From: Eledone cirrhosa
Lineage: Eukaryota
Assembly (NCBI GenBank): GCA_964016885.1
Contig: OZ024744.1
Coordinates: forward strand, 37,572,001-37,636,000
Direction of reading: 5' to 3'
DNA length: 64,000 nucleotides
Of the stretch, positions 1 through 14,394 are shown one piece after another. The first letter of the stretch is position 1. Each line of letters starts with the position of its first letter. Made by a program: the position numbers and the translations under genes. Under the pieces are notes generated by a model that did no database searches, was not told the DNA's origin, and saw only the letters and a program-made list of their open reading frames with translations.

Positions 1-22
1 CATTATTTTCTGGCTGTATAAT

Positions 23-512
23 GGCGGATTGGCAGTATCGGTAGAGGGTCCGACGCATGCTTTTCAGCACAGTTACGTCGTTTTACGGACTGAGTTCAAA
101 TCCCGCCGAGGTTAACTTTGCCTTTCATCGTTACAGGGTCGATAAAATAAAGTACCAGTAATGTACTGGGACAATTGCTGGCCTTGTGCCAAAAGTAGAA
201 ACAATTATTTTCTGGCAGTATCGGTAGAAGGTCGGAGGCCATGCTTTCCAGTATAGTTACGTCCCTTTACGATCTGAGTTCAAATCCCGCCGAGGTTAAC
301 TTTGCCTTTCATCGTTACGGGGTCGGTAAAATAAAGTACCAGTAATGTACTGGGTAATTACTGGCCTTGTGCCAAAATTAGAAACAATTATTTTCCACGT
401 GGATTGGCAGTATCGGTAGAGGGTCGGAGCCATGCTTTGCAGCATAGAGTTACGGCCCTTTATGATCTGAGTTCGATTCCCGCCGAAGTTAACTCTGTCT
501 TTCATCCTTACG
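23..512 (+). mobile_element. Three head-to-tail copies of tRNA-derived SINE family 1 (about 23-209, 213-391, 399-512 partial)
   Basis: A-box-like TGGCAGTATCGG, B-box GAGTTCAAATCC, core GCCTTTCATCxTTACGGGGTCGATAAAATAAAGTACCAG, 3' end GAAACAATTATT; first copy flanked by ATTATTTTCTGGC duplication. Confidence 0.9.
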
Positions 513-734
513 GCGATACTGCCAACTACCGTTTAATAATAATCTCAGCCCCATATTGAACTGTTGAAAATATATAGTATTTTCTAATGTAGACATCGGC
601 TGAATAATCTCATTTGCATACCGAGCGACTGACTGCGGGCCTTGCCGATAAAGATATATATTTATATTTTACATCCTGGATTATTCCCCTTTGTTATAGT
701 ACTAAATGAATATGATGAATTATTATTTCATAAA

Positions 735-925
735 GGGGGTGAATTGGTAGTATAGGTAGAGGGTCGGACGCCATGCTTTCCAGCATAGTTACGTCCCTTT
801 ATGGTCTGAGTTCAAATCCTGCCGAGGTTAACTTTGCCTTTCATCCTTACGGGGTCGATAAAATAAAGTACCAGTAATGTACTGGTTTATTTGCTGGCCT
901 TGTGCCAAAAGTAGAAACAATTATT
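735..925 (+). mobile_element. tRNA-SINE family 1, full length
   Basis: Same A/B boxes and core; TSD ATTATTTCATAAAGG at 722-736 and 920-934. Confidence 0.9.
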
Positions 926-1174
926 TCATAAAGGCGTGTTTAACACGATGTACTTTTAATGCTATCTTTAAACTCGTCCGATGAATAGTTCACAGATTTG
1001 CTCGCTCTTACATGTATTTTGCACGACATTGTACTATCTGGTGAGATGGCCATAAATGGACTTTGAAAGCTAAGGTTACGCTTTTTTGTTCTGCGCATGG
1101 ACATAAATAAATAATTTAATATTTAATATATGTGTGTGTGCATGTGTGTCTATGTATTATACATGTATATATGT

Positions 1175-1219
<45 letters not shown>

Positions 1220-1299
1220 TGTGCGAGTGTGTGTGTGTGTAGAAAATGGCCGTTAAACAATGATAATGATGATGAATATATATATATATATATATATCA

Positions 1300-1530
1300 C
1301 CTTGATCACCTTCACCGACCAGTCTGTCGGGCGCTATTCGGCGCCGCTGGTCACAACACGTCGTGCTGTTTTAGCCATAAGATAACGCCATCCCCCTGGC
1401 TGGGCGGGCAGGCCGGTACTAATTTCTATAGCTGAGTAAACTGGAGCTACCCATCACCCGGTCTGAGAATTGTACTCACAACCTTTCGATTGCAAGCCCA
1501 ATGCTTTAACCACTAAGCCATTCGTCTTCA
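1300..1530 (-). mobile_element. Degenerate tRNA-SINE (family 2-like)
   Basis: Minus strand begins with tRNA-like head TGGCTTAGTGGTTAAAGCATT; shares GCTCCAGTTTACTCAGCT with 34830-35075. Confidence 0.55.
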
Positions 1531-1550
1531 CTATTATATATATATATATT

Positions 1551-1609
<59 letters not shown>

Positions 1610-1610
1610 G

Positions 1611-1655
<45 letters not shown>

Positions 1656-1684
1656 GTGTATGTATATATATATGTGTATGTATA

Positions 1685-1773
<89 letters not shown>

Positions 1774-1794
1774 GTATATATGTATATGTATATG

Positions 1795-1857
<63 letters not shown>

Positions 1858-1858
1858 G

Positions 1859-1942
<84 letters not shown>

Positions 1943-1944
1943 CA

Positions 1945-2751
<807 letters not shown>

Positions 2752-3040
2752 CAAATGACGAAACGAAATTAAATTTCGTTTCGTTTGTAACTCACTTTTG
2801 TATGACTGACGCTTAAACAATTAAGTTAAAAAAATTACATCTACATATGCATACTGAAATACTAGTGTGTATATGAATACACACACGTATACATATGTAT
2901 ATGTAACAAGTCTTTCACTGGTTGATTTACTGTGAGCACCCAGCTATTCTGTATGTAAACACACAGACAAACCGGTTTTTAGAGTCATACTGGTTTTTGA
3001 GGGAACACCTTCCCTCTATTCTCCAGAAGGCCAGACAAGG

Positions 3041-3085
3041 GATATTGAACTAGTTTCGTTGTTGTTACAACTCATCAGCAATATT
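3041..3085 (-). ncRNA. Minimal type I hammerhead ribozyme (array copy 1)
   Basis: Reverse complement of the 3905-3949 motif (one outer stem I mismatch). Confidence 0.85.
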
Positions 3086-3507
3086 TACCTATCTACCGGC
3101 CCTTCTGGAGAATTGTAAAAGCACATATCGTTATATGCTTTTTCTATGAAAATTAGTAGTGGGCAGACTAATTTGCATAGAGTATGAGTACGCACCGGTT
3201 CAGCGGAGACGATAAAAACAAATGACGAAACGAAATTAAATTTCGTTTCGTTTGTAACTCACTTTTGTATGACTGACGCTTAAACAATTAAGTTAAAAAA
3301 ATTACATCTACATATGCATACTGAAATACTAGTGTGTATATGAATACACACACGTATACATATGTATATGTAACAAGTCTTTCACTGGTTGCTTTACTGT
3401 GAGCACCCAGCTATTCTGTATGTAAACACACAGACAAACCGGTTTTTAGAGTCATACTGGTTTTTGAGGGAACACCTTCCCTCTATTCTCCAGAAGGCCA
3501 GACAAGG

Positions 3508-3552
3508 AATATTGAACTAGTTTCGTTGTTGTTACAACTCATCAGCAATATT
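3508..3552 (-). ncRNA. Minimal type I hammerhead ribozyme (array copy 2)
   Basis: Reverse complement of the 3905-3949 motif. Confidence 0.85.
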
Positions 3553-3904
3553 TACCTATCTACCGGCCCTTCTGGAGAATTGTAAAAGCACATATCATTA
3601 TATGCTTTTTCTATGAAAATTAGTAGTGGGCAGACTAATTTGAATAGAGTGTGAGTACGCACCGGTTCAGCGGAGACGATAAAAACAAATGACGAAACGA
3701 AATTGTTTAAGCGTCAGTCATACAAAAGTGAGTTACAAACGAAACGAAATTTAATTTCGTTTCGTCATTTGTTTTTATCGTCTCCGCTGAACCGGTGCGT
3801 ACTCACACTCTATGCAAATTAGTCTGCCCACTACTAATTTTCATAGAAAAAGCATATAACGATATGTGCTTTTACAATTCTCCAGAAGGGCCGGTAGATA
3901 GGTA

Positions 3905-3949
3905 AATATTGCTGATGAGTTGTAACAACAACGAAACTAGTTCAATATT
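3905..3949 (+). ncRNA. Minimal type I hammerhead ribozyme (array copy 3)
   Basis: AAUAUUG-CUGAUGA-GUUG(UAACAA)CAAC-GAAAC-UA-GUU-CAAUAUU; 7-bp stem I, 4-bp stem II, palindromic stem III ACUAGU. Confidence 0.88.
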
Positions 3950-4371
3950 CCTTGTCTGGCCTTCTGGAGAATAGAGGGAAGGTGTTCCCTCAAAAACCAG
4001 TATGACTCTAAAAACCGGTTTGTCTGTGTGTTTACATACAGAATAGCTGGGTGCTCACAGTAAAGCAACCAGTGAAAGACTTGTTACATATACATATGTA
4101 TACGTGTGTGTATTCATATACACACTAGTATTTCAGTATGCATATGTAGATGTAATTTTTTTAACTTAATTGTTTAAGCGTCAGTCATACAAAAATGAGT
4201 TACAAACGAAACGAAATTTAATTTCGTTTCGTCATTTGTTTTTATCGTCTCCGCTGAACCGGTGCGTACTCACACTCTATGCAAATTAGTCTGCCCACTA
4301 CTAATTTTCATAGAAAAAGCATATAACGATATGTGCTTTTACAATTCTCCAGAAGGGCCGGTAGATAGGTA

Positions 4372-4416
4372 AATATTGCTGATGAGTTGTAACAACAACG
4401 AAACTAGTTCAATATC
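4372..4416 (+). ncRNA. Minimal type I hammerhead ribozyme (array copy 4)
   Basis: Same motif 467 bp downstream of copy 3. Confidence 0.85.
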
Positions 4417-4638
4417 CCTTGTCTGGCCTTCTGGAGAATAGAGGGAAGGTGTTCCCTCAAAAACCAGTATGACTCTAAAAACCGGTTTGTCTGTGTGTTT
4501 ACATACAGAATAGCTGGGTGCTCACAGTAAAGCAACCAGTGAAAGACTTGTTACATATACATATGTATACGTGTGTGTATTCATATACACACTAGTATTT
4601 CAGTATGCATATGTAGATGTAATTTTTTTAACTTAATT

Positions 4639-4728
<90 letters not shown>

Positions 4729-4959
4729 GTATGCATATATATATACTTATATCCATATGTGTATGTGTATATTTATTTTATATCTCATAAGGTCAGCACT
4801 TTAAGTATTTGATATTAGAATAATATATTCCCGGCTTTTATTTTTAGAATATAATATTATCGATTACAATGCAGGGTATGTGATATGCAAGAGATGAATG
4901 AAAACAAATATGGCTGGAAAAGAGAACAAGTAAATCGAAAAAAAAACAATCAAAAATAC

Positions 4960-4992
<33 letters not shown>

Positions 4993-4994
4993 TT

Positions 4995-5760
4995 AAAAGG
5001 TCACAGTGACCCTGACCACCAGAGCAAGTGCCCTCTCCCAGTTTTCCACCTTTAATCTACAGACACATACTCAGAGTAGGCCCATTCACTCGGGCCATTC
5101 TTGCCTCTCTCACCCATCTTTCAACAAAATGCTGGGAAGAGAGCACTTCCCTCTCTACCCTGATTTTCCTTTTCAAATGAAATTTGAAAAAGTTAATCAG
5201 GGCATCACCGAAGAGGTAAGTGCTCGTCTTCAGCCCTTTCAGACTTGTCCACCATACTATCTATTTCGCCATGGCAACCAGACAGATAAAAACTGCCTGC
5301 CCTCCTGGCTAAAGGAAGAGGGTGAGGCAATCCTCACGATGGACTCAGCTGATAGCCGGATCCGTCCTACACGCGACAGCAGGTGTTCGACATAAACCCA
5401 CAAGTCAGCAATGCTCGGACACTGGACGAGTGCGTGTCGGACGGTTTCGTCGCCCTGCGCGCATCTCGGACATGCCCGGCTGACAGCACCTCCATGCCTG
5501 TAGAGTTTATCCCGAACTGGCAAGGCTCCTCGGTAGCACTGCCAGGCCAGGGATTTCTGGAAGTTGTCCATAGGCCACGGCCGGAAAGTTCTTCCGAAGA
5601 GATTGGCTAGTTGATTTTCGTCGATGCCTAGATTTTCCCCAAGTACGTCGTCGCTTTTCCCCTCCACTAATCCTCTATAGAACGCCGAGGTGGAGTTTCC
5701 ACCGATCACATTGCCCGATTGGTCGAGGGCTGTGAGCGCCTGAAGACATTCCAGTCTCCA
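4995..5760 (-). mobile_element. L1/Tx1-like LINE 3' fragment (zf-RVT region)
   Basis: ORF 5257-5709: LAWQCYRGALPVRDKL...CPRCAQGDETVRHALVQC; closely similar copy at 40350-40970. Confidence 0.75.
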
Positions 5761-5777
5761 ATAATAATAATAATAAT

Positions 5778-6600
5778 GGACTGAAATCGGAGACTGAAGG
5801 ACTGATTATATCAGCACAAGATCAGTGTCTGCCAACAAAAAATTACCAAGCCAACATAATAAAAAATGGATGCAGCCCATTATGCCGTGTATGCAAAAAA
5901 CAACCAGAGGCCATTGATCATATAATTTCAATGTGCAGTCCTATAGCTCCAACCGAATACCTAAACAGACATGACAGAGCTGCACAATACATACATTGGA
6001 TAATGTGTAAGCATTTTGACCTGCCCCATCAAAAGAATTGGTGGGAGCATCAACCACCTCCCATACTTGAAAAAGATCACATCTCAATCTTGTGGAACTT
6101 TAGCATCCAAACAGACCGAAAAATAGATGTAAATAGACCTGATATAATACTGAAGGACTTTAAAAAGAGGGTATGCCTGCTAATTGATATGTCCGTTCCA
6201 ATAGACAAGAATGTATCTATAAAAACATTTGAAAAATTGAGCAAGTATAAGGACCTGGAGATAGAAATTGGAAAAATGTGGAAATTGAGAACTAAAACAA
6301 TACCAGTGGTTGTAGGCGCTCTAGGAATGATACCTAAGGGGTCTAATGATTACTTATCGCAAATCACAGGAAATCCGCGTATAGGAGAAATACAAAAGAT
6401 AGTACTAATGGGAACTGCCCATATACTAAGGAAGATTCTGTCAATATAAGTACATCACAAGTCTAAACACTAAAGATGCATGTGTGAGTATGTATGTTCT
6501 TTCTTGAACATGGCGGACCTTGTTGTCTCTTGAGGTCACTGGTTGTGACTTAGTGATAACTCGTATGAATATAAAGCAAAATAAATGCAACTATAATAAT
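5778..6600 (+). mobile_element. R4/Dong-like non-LTR retrotransposon, 5'-truncated (CCHC plus restriction-like endonuclease), in (TAA)n
   Basis: Open frame 5778-6449: GLKSETEGLIISAQDQ..CRVC..HIISMC..RHD..RPDII..IDMSVP..KLSKYKDL; TAA repeats at both ends. Confidence 0.85.
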
Positions 6601-6602
6601 AA

Positions 6603-6742
6603 TGGAGCACTTCAAAAGGCATGCTTGCTGGGAACAGCAAGGACCCTCCGATACGTCCTGCATATCTGAGGCTGCAGGTAGCGGCTTGATATTCATTTCA
6701 ACAAACTTTCCAGTTAAATAACATCAATGACTGAGACTCAAA

Positions 6743-6782
<40 letters not shown>
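6603..6782 (+). mobile_element. Second short R4/Dong-like 3' end with (TAA)n tail
   Basis: GALQKACLLGTARTLRYVLHI* is homologous to the C-terminus QKIVLMGTAHILRKILSI of the preceding copy. Confidence 0.7.
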
Positions 6783-6784
<2 letters not shown>

Positions 6785-6785
6785 T

Positions 6786-7010
6786 GATTTCATTTATTAG
6801 CCACAAGGGCCGACATGTAGGGGACAATACAAAGACAGGGACAGTGGGGGTTTACAATAAGGTCGAGTAAAAGTGCACAATGGCAAGACTTATTTAACAA
6901 TGAAGATATAAAAAATATAAAATAAACTATGCATAAATATAACACAATAAATCCCTATAGGGGATGAACGACCCAGGGGTGACTCAGGTACCCCACCAAT
7001 CCTGAACCGA
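6786..7010 (-). mobile_element. 3' UTR fragment of Tx1-like LINE family
   Basis: Minus strand CCCTTGTGGCTAATAAA resembles the 40915-40935 3' end; related piece at 44167-44330. Confidence 0.55.
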
Positions 7011-7394
7011 AGAAACTTATAAAATACTAAATATGATCTGATAGATGTGAGATCGTGTCATCTTTATAACTTCTGCAATTGCCAAAAATTGAACCAAAAT
7101 CATAAAAGAAAACAACAAAAAACGATGGCATAAGATAGTACAGAAACATGTGATTCTTTTATGTATACAGTAGAGGCAGATCTCGTACATAACGTTTGTA
7201 TGTTTGTTTTTTTTGTTAATATTTTCTATTTTTGTTCATTTTTGTAGATAACAAAAGGAACGCAAGGCGAAATCAATCATTATGTATATTTTATAGATTT
7301 TAGGAATACTTTTTCTAGCCTCATACATATCGGATGTTGGCAAAGTTGAAATCAAAGTGAAAAGGAGAAATTTATTGCAATCAAACTCCTACTC

Positions 7395-7433
<39 letters not shown>

Positions 7434-7458
7434 CTGGTGGTAGTAGTAGTAGTAGTAA

Positions 7459-7513
<55 letters not shown>

Positions 7514-7632
7514 CGTAGCAGTTGTAGTAGTAGTTGTAGCAACATCAGCAGTAGCAGCAGCAGCACTAGTAGTAGTAGTTGTAGCAACATCAGCAGTAGT
7601 AGCGGCAGTAGTAGTAGTAGTAGTAGTTGTTG
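7395..7632. repeat. (GTA)n/(GCA)n trinucleotide tract
   Basis: Direct reading. Confidence 0.95.
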
Positions 7633-7867
7633 TCACTGCTCCTGCTGTTCCTTACGCATGTGCTGTAGTTGTTTCATCGTTGTGAACGAAACCCTTTTCT
7701 CCTCCCCCTCCCTCACCCCCTCCATATAGGTTTTATTGCCAAACTCCTTAACATCTTTCTCGTAGCAATAATTCTTCAAAAGATATTTTGTTACGGGTTT
7801 TGTTTTTTTTCTTATTTTTACATTGGATTGCATATTCAGACGGATATTAATTCATATCCCAAACATA

Positions 7868-7934
<67 letters not shown>

Positions 7935-8056
7935 TTTCATTCTCTCTCTCTTTCTCTCTCTCACACACATTCATACGTACATTCATATATAAACACGTCA
8001 CACACAGTCTCATATATAAACACACACAGACATATATATATATATATATATATATA

Positions 8057-8219
8057 CAGGTAAAATTCCGTTATAACGAATACCATTAAACGTATAACAA
8101 ATTTTCTTCAATCTCCGACCACACGCTCGATATATTGGGTCAATTTCGTTATAAAGAATGTTTCGTTACTACGAATTTTTTTAATACTCCATAAATTTCG
8201 TTATAACGGAATTTCACTG
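8057..8219. mobile_element. Tc1/mariner-type MITE
   Basis: TIRs CAGGTAAAATTCCGTTATAACGAA / TTCGTTATAACGGAATTTCACTG, with TA on both sides. Confidence 0.75.
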
Positions 8220-8579
8220 TACATATATTTATATATATCTTAATTGTATTTTGTCATCAGTTGTATTTTTCCATTAACTTTTCTCAAATACATATATATA
8301 TATATACACATACACATACATATGATCCAGCTATTACAGTTTATTGTAAGTATGGACGCGTACCTCCTGGTGCAGTCGTAGCTGCACCGTCTTGATACAT
8401 GGCGTCTCATGGACAACCCCTCCTGATATATATATATTTATATGTATACATATATATACACATACATATATATAGGTATACATAAAAATATACGCACATG
8501 TATGAGTATTGACACATATATGTATATATATATAGACATATATAATTGAATATAAAAGAGAGATAAACACAAATATAAA

Positions 8580-8870
8580 CATGTGTTCAAATCGTAAGGG
8601 ACCAAATTCGCTAGGGTGAAAAAATAGTAACTATTAACAATATGGTTTGCCAGACTCAATTTAAAATAATATATCAAGAAAAGAAATACAAACCGATATT
8701 GGGCAACTGCCTAACACCCAGACAGATTTTGGTAGATTGTTTCGCAATTTTAGCGAAGGGAATTACCAATTCTTTGCTCAACAGCGGGTGTAAAATTAGT
8801 AAACCCATCACTTCTTTAATTTTAAGAGACTATTTTGAGTTTTTAACTCAATATATAACTTTGATATATA
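8580..8870 (-). mobile_element. pLTR-like element with HHR motif at 8715-8790 (core CUGUUGA, one mismatch)
   Basis: CACCCG-CUGUUGA-GCAA..UUGC-GAAAC..GUC-UGGGUG; homologous element at 49698-49950. Confidence 0.65.
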
Positions 8871-9308
8871 CACATATATATATATTTCATGAACGCTGAC
8901 ATGGAAATACAGCATGGTTTGGTGTCTGAACATGCGTTTAGCCCACCGGGAGTGGAAGATCTCTAGGTCTTGTTAGGACATCAGTCCAGAAGAAGGAAAA
9001 CTCATGTAAAATCTACAACTCGATGTTAACCTGTCCTCTTTTGATACTTGTCACCATTGTTCAGAGAGTGGGATTGGTCCAGTGAAAGACATTTCTTCAT
9101 TTACAAAAGTTTCAAGCAGACATCACTTGATCTAATCGATATTCACGTGTGTTATGTGATCATGACACTTTTTTTCCTCCGCTGCAGCATATGTAGAAAA
9201 TAATCTGTATTCTTGGCAGGGATAAAAACTCATGTTCGTGCCACCCATGTATGGGGAAATGGTCAAAGAATGGGGATGAGAATTCTCGAAAATAAGTTTA
9301 TATAAAAT

Positions 9309-9376
<68 letters not shown>

Positions 9377-9578
9377 ATGTGTGTATGGAAAGAGAGAGTC
9401 TGTGGTGCTGAGTCTTAGAAGATCACTAATCATGGCAGTACTCAATGCATGGGGTGGTGCAGAGTTAGTACAGAGATATGCAAAATCCGGACCGATATAT
9501 ACATATAATATATATACATATATATATATATTATATATATATTATATATATATATATATTATATATTATATATATATA

Positions 9579-9647
<69 letters not shown>

Positions 9648-9650
<3 letters not shown>

Positions 9651-9996
9651 AGAAAGTGAGGTTTTTTTACAGAATGAAAAATAACCGAGGTGTCCTACAC
9701 GAGTGAAAGTATAAAGAAAAAAAGATGAAATCGAAAATGCAACTGGAGTCTTATTTTTTTTTAAATATATATATTTATTTGGTTCCTTTACCGGTTTCGC
9801 AGTTCTTCTGCTTTTCAAAAGTAGAGTTGAGATGGAGGGTCTGTGGTTTTTCTCACATCTGAAAAACCACAGACCCTACATCTCAACTCTACTTTTCAAA
9901 AGCAAAAGAACTGCGAAACCGGTAAAGGAACCAAATAAATATATATATGTTTTTAAAAATAAGACTCCAGTTGCATTTTCGATTTCATCTTTTTTC

Positions 9997-10005
<9 letters not shown>
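9648..10005. mobile_element. Foldback element of the U3-A8 HHR family; HHR at about 9785-9822 (-), degenerate copy at about 9891-9928 (+)
   Basis: About 150-bp inverted arms with apex near 9858; (TA)n flanks; UUGAAAA-GCAG(AAGAA)CUGC-GAAACCGGUA-AAGG. Confidence 0.85.
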
Positions 10006-10036
<31 letters not shown>

Positions 10037-10229
10037 CTGATGTTGTCTGTGTGTGTCCCCTCATTTTTGCAACATCTATACAAATCCACTTTTCTATTCC
10101 GATTGACTTCAAACCTGCATTTATATATTACTTGCGGTCTAAAGATATTAGCTGCAGCTTTATATTTTTCAATTTTCTGTTGTTAAAGGGGTGTTAGGCG
10201 CCGGTTATCCATCTCCGTCGCGCCCTTAT

Positions 10230-11035
10230 AATATCTGTCTGTATGCCTGGCTGTCTGCATTACGACATTCTGACGAACATTCCACCAGTACTCTTTCATA
10301 TTATGTACATCGATGTCTTCCACATTGCTGTAGCTTTTAATGTGTTTATTATCGGGGCTATCTTTATACGAACTGCATTGTACAGTGTTTTGGCCACTAC
10401 ATCATGCCACATAGGTAGATAGTACCGCGATGACATCTTTGGATAGCTGCTGATGACATGGGTGATTTCCTCGATGTTAGTTCTGCAGAGTCTGCACTTG
10501 TTATCACATCTAGGTGTTTTGCCTGCATCCATATCTCTTTTGTGAATCAGGTATTTCGTGTTAATCTCCTGTTCTTGGATTGCAAAAGCGTATCCTTCAA
10601 AGTGGGAGCCAATATAGCGGTTGTTGGTCCAATATAGACTACTTTCTTTATCTATATTACTCTCACTCTGGAGCTTCCTGGCAACATATCCATGCATGAT
10701 CTTTTGCTGATAGGCATGCAGTTTTTCATCCATGGATCCATGTATGTATATATGTTATCCCTTTCTCTTAATTTCGAGTATATTTTTTGACCGGCCACCT
10801 TCCTGGTGGCAAGGTTGTAAAAGAAAAGAAATTGTCATCCCTTGAATCGCAAGAATGTTTTGCAGCTATCGCAGCCATTTGTGGACTATGAATTAGGGAG
10901 CTGCACTTTTTGTTCGCAAATCCAAGTTCAGTCATACTTTGGTCCAAGCGGGTTGGTATATCACCCGTAGCTCCAATAATGATGGGTATGAAGCTAAAGG
11001 TGTATCTTGGATACTGGATTTGTAAACTCCTCATC
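10230..11035 (-). mobile_element. Degraded R4/Dong-like LINE fragments
   Basis: EGYAFAIQEQEI..CRLC..EEITHVISS..WHDVVAK (10296-10733) and FSFIPIIIGATG C-terminal piece (10850-11035). Confidence 0.7.
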
Positions 11036-11099
11036 AATGTATGTATGTATGTGTGTATTGTGTATGTCTGTATGTGTGTGTGTGTGTGTATTTGTGTGT

Positions 11100-11679
11100 G
11101 TGAAACCCGAGAAGTACCCAACCGATCTTTTTCAAAATTTACATGTGTATTACTTATATTTCAGGGAGTGATATGCATATAAAAAATTCAACTTGTTCAT
11201 GCCCTAGGGCCCGCATTAGGTGAAAAACTGCGTTTTTTCCAGCTTTTTAGGGTTTGTTAGGCATTACGTCAGACCGATTTCCTTCAAATTGTAACTATGT
11301 ATTAGTCAGTCTCTTCTTCATACCGTGAGCAAAGAAAAAAATCCAACTTTTTTACGGCCTAGCCCCGCATTAGGTGAAAAAGTTTTTTTTCAGCTTTTTA
11401 GGGCTTTTTTGAGGCGTTACGTTTCGCCGATTTTCCCGAAATTTCAAGGCATATTATGCACATTAAAAAATTCATTTTCTTGATCCCCTAGGGCCCGCAT
11501 TAGGCCAAAACCTGCCCATTTCCTGCTTCATCGAGGAAAATCTTAGATTATCCAGCCATCAGAGTATTCGGTTTATTTTCTTTACATATTGTCCAGGCAT
11601 GCAGTTTTTCCACGATTAGTCGGTTGGCGGCCCGCGTTACTAAATACCTTACCCCATGCAACGCCGTGTACCACTGCTA

Positions 11680-11680
<1 letters not shown>
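11100..11680 (+). mobile_element. Non-autonomous Helitron-like element
   Basis: 3' end CCCATGCAACGCCGTGTACCACTG-CTAG|T; internal 130-155 bp sub-repeats (CCTAGGGCCCGCATTAGG x3); 5' end not resolved. Confidence 0.55.
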
Positions 11681-11768
<88 letters not shown>

Positions 11769-11770
<2 letters not shown>

Positions 11771-12980
11771 TTTCCTTGATATATCCCTTAATCTAGATAC
11801 CGGCCTATATTACCCATATCATAAGGATAATCAGAACTTAAATTATGTTAACTTTAAATCTAACCACCCTAATAATGTTAAAACTGCTATAGTCAAAAGT
11901 GTAGAAAAAAGAATTTCTAATTTATCCTCTAATAAAGATATCTTCGAAGCTAATGCCAACTATTATAATAATGCCCTATCTAGGGCTGGATATCTAGTCA
12001 AAATTAGGTATACTAAAGATCTTAATCTTGGCAGAGTTTATAATAACTCTAGTAATGTAGCTAGTAATAATCATACTGCTAACAAAAGGAGACCTAGATA
12101 TAAAAATATCCTTTTGTACAGCGCACCCTTCTCTCTTGCCGTTATTAATAATATCCCTAAATTACTTTTTAAGGCATTACATAAAGCTTCCCTCCTTCAC
12201 ATATATATAGCAAGATTTTCAATAGGCATACTATTAAATTCTCGTATTCTACTACTTCGAACATTTCAAAAATTATCTCAAGACATAATTTTAAAATATT
12301 AATAATAACTCATATGCATCCAACCATGAGAGTCATAATAATGACACTATAAAGCCCGACGTCAATGTAAACTCTAGGCAAAATAACACAAGTATAAATA
12401 CGACGTCAAACGTAACTTTGAGGAATACATCAAATAGTAATGTAAATCTAGAAACTTTAGCACCTCCTTTAGTTAATTCCACCACTCCTGATCCTAATAT
12501 AATTAATCCTGGGCCATATGCCAATAACTCTGTAAATAATCTTAATCGTAAATGCAACTGCCCTATTAGAACTAATTGTCCTCTTAGTAATTTCTGTCTC
12601 GATAAAAACCTGGAATATGAATGTAAAGTGGTAACTAGTACGAACATCTATACCTACATTGGCTCTACTTCTACCTCTTTTAAAGCAAGATTCTATAATC
12701 ATTCTTCTACATTTAAATCTCCACTTAAAAGGACCAGCACCGCACTCTCAGAACTTATTTGGTCCTTAAAAGACAAAAACATAAATTACGAAATTTCTTG
12801 GCGTAAAATCTACAACGCATCTCCATACTCCAATGCTTCCATATCTAGTGTTTGTAACTGATGTCTAGTTGAAAAATTTACCTTTATCTCGAATTTCAAC
12901 ACAATGATAAATCGAAGAACCGATTTATTTGGACTTTGTAATCATAAATCCTTCAAGACCTTTCACAAAGTACATAGCTG
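11769..12980 (+). pseudogene. Penelope-like element ORF 3' half (RT thumb, Zn-finger, GIY-YIG endonuclease), frameshifted
   Basis: DFLDISLNL..YHK..SNHP; CNCPIRTNCPLSNFCL; LEYECKV..YIGSTSTSFKARFYNH..TALSELIW; 5' end starts in (TA)n. Confidence 0.85.
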
Positions 12981-13234
12981 ATGTCCTTTAACATATTCCA
13001 CGAGTCACTGTTACCTTTACACATCTTTCATTATATTCTACAATGTATTATTTTGGTTTTCTCATTATATATTAAGCCTTTGATCTTCTTTTCTATAGCC
13101 TTAGATTTTCGCTCAGACCTTCGTAGATTTTATAAACATATGACATCACATTATAATTAGATTTTCTCTACGTTTTTTCTACGTGTATAAATCCTTCTAG
13201 CAATTTCCTTTATTTACTTGTTGATATAAAATCA

Positions 13235-13652
13235 AAATTAAATAGTATACGCCACATATATATTTTTACTAGAAATTATTAATTTTGACACAGATAGACT
13301 ATTTTCATTTTATTTTATAAAAATATTATTATATTTATTTTAGTAATACATTTTTATACTTCTTAATCCAATGTTTAGTATTTAAACCCAATATAAAATA
13401 ATATACCCAGTTTCTATATTTAGACCTCTAATATTATAGAAGGTATTATTATAAATTTAGAGGTCTAAATATAGAAACTGGGTATATTATTTTATATTGG
13501 GTTTAAATACTAAAAATTGGATTAAGAAGTGTAAAAATGTATTACTAAAATAAATATAATAATATTTTTATAAAATAAAATGAAAATAGTCTATCTATGT
13601 CAAATTAATAATTTCTAGTAAAAATATATATGTGGGGTATACTATTTAATTT
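13235..13652. repeat. AT-rich inverted repeat with about 200-bp arms downstream of the PLE ORF
   Basis: AAATTAAATAGTATAC... versus ...GTATACTATTTAATTT; apex near 13443. Confidence 0.85.
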
Positions 13653-13705
13653 ATTGTTTAACCGTTATTTACAGCTGTTTTCATTTTGACAGCGTTCCTG
13701 ATCAA

Positions 13706-13822
<117 letters not shown>

Positions 13823-14104
13823 CCTCTCTCTCTCTTCATTCTTCTTTTATCTTTCTTCTCTTTCTTTTTCCTTTTCCTCTATTTTCCTATCTATTTCTTA
13901 CTATAGTATTAAACATTATATTTCTGTCATATGTAGACTTAGCACTTTCCTATAAACAAGTACTATTATGCCTCATATCATTGTACATATTTAATCTGAA
14001 GAGAACACAATTTCTGGCCCAGGATGATTTTGTATTCGAAATAGGTTTTATAAAATATATGGAACTTTTATAACCATGTATTATTTCCTCTTTATTATAT
14101 ATAT

Positions 14105-14293
14105 ATAAACGGAAAAAAAAGAAACGAAATTTCATTTCCCACTCTAAGTACGGCTGTTACTTAAATATAAGTACGTATACGTACATACATATATGTATAC
14201 AGACGTACAGTAGTATGTATATATATATACATACATGCACACATATATATACATACTACTGTACGTCTGTATACATATATGTATGTATATATA

Positions 14294-14340
<47 letters not shown>
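14105..14340. repeat. Dispersed repeat family (TTCCCACTCTTAGTACGGCTGTTACTTAAATATAAG)
   Basis: Other copies at 21445-21667, 36780-37170 (foldback) and 53310-53405. Confidence 0.75.
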
Positions 14341-14351
<11 letters not shown>

Positions 14352-14394
14352 CATAGTAATAATAATAAATTTGAAGACTAAAATCCAAAGAGAT

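Noticed and set aside
23-209. tRNA gene (A/B boxes)
   Set aside because: No cloverleaf; this is a multicopy SINE head
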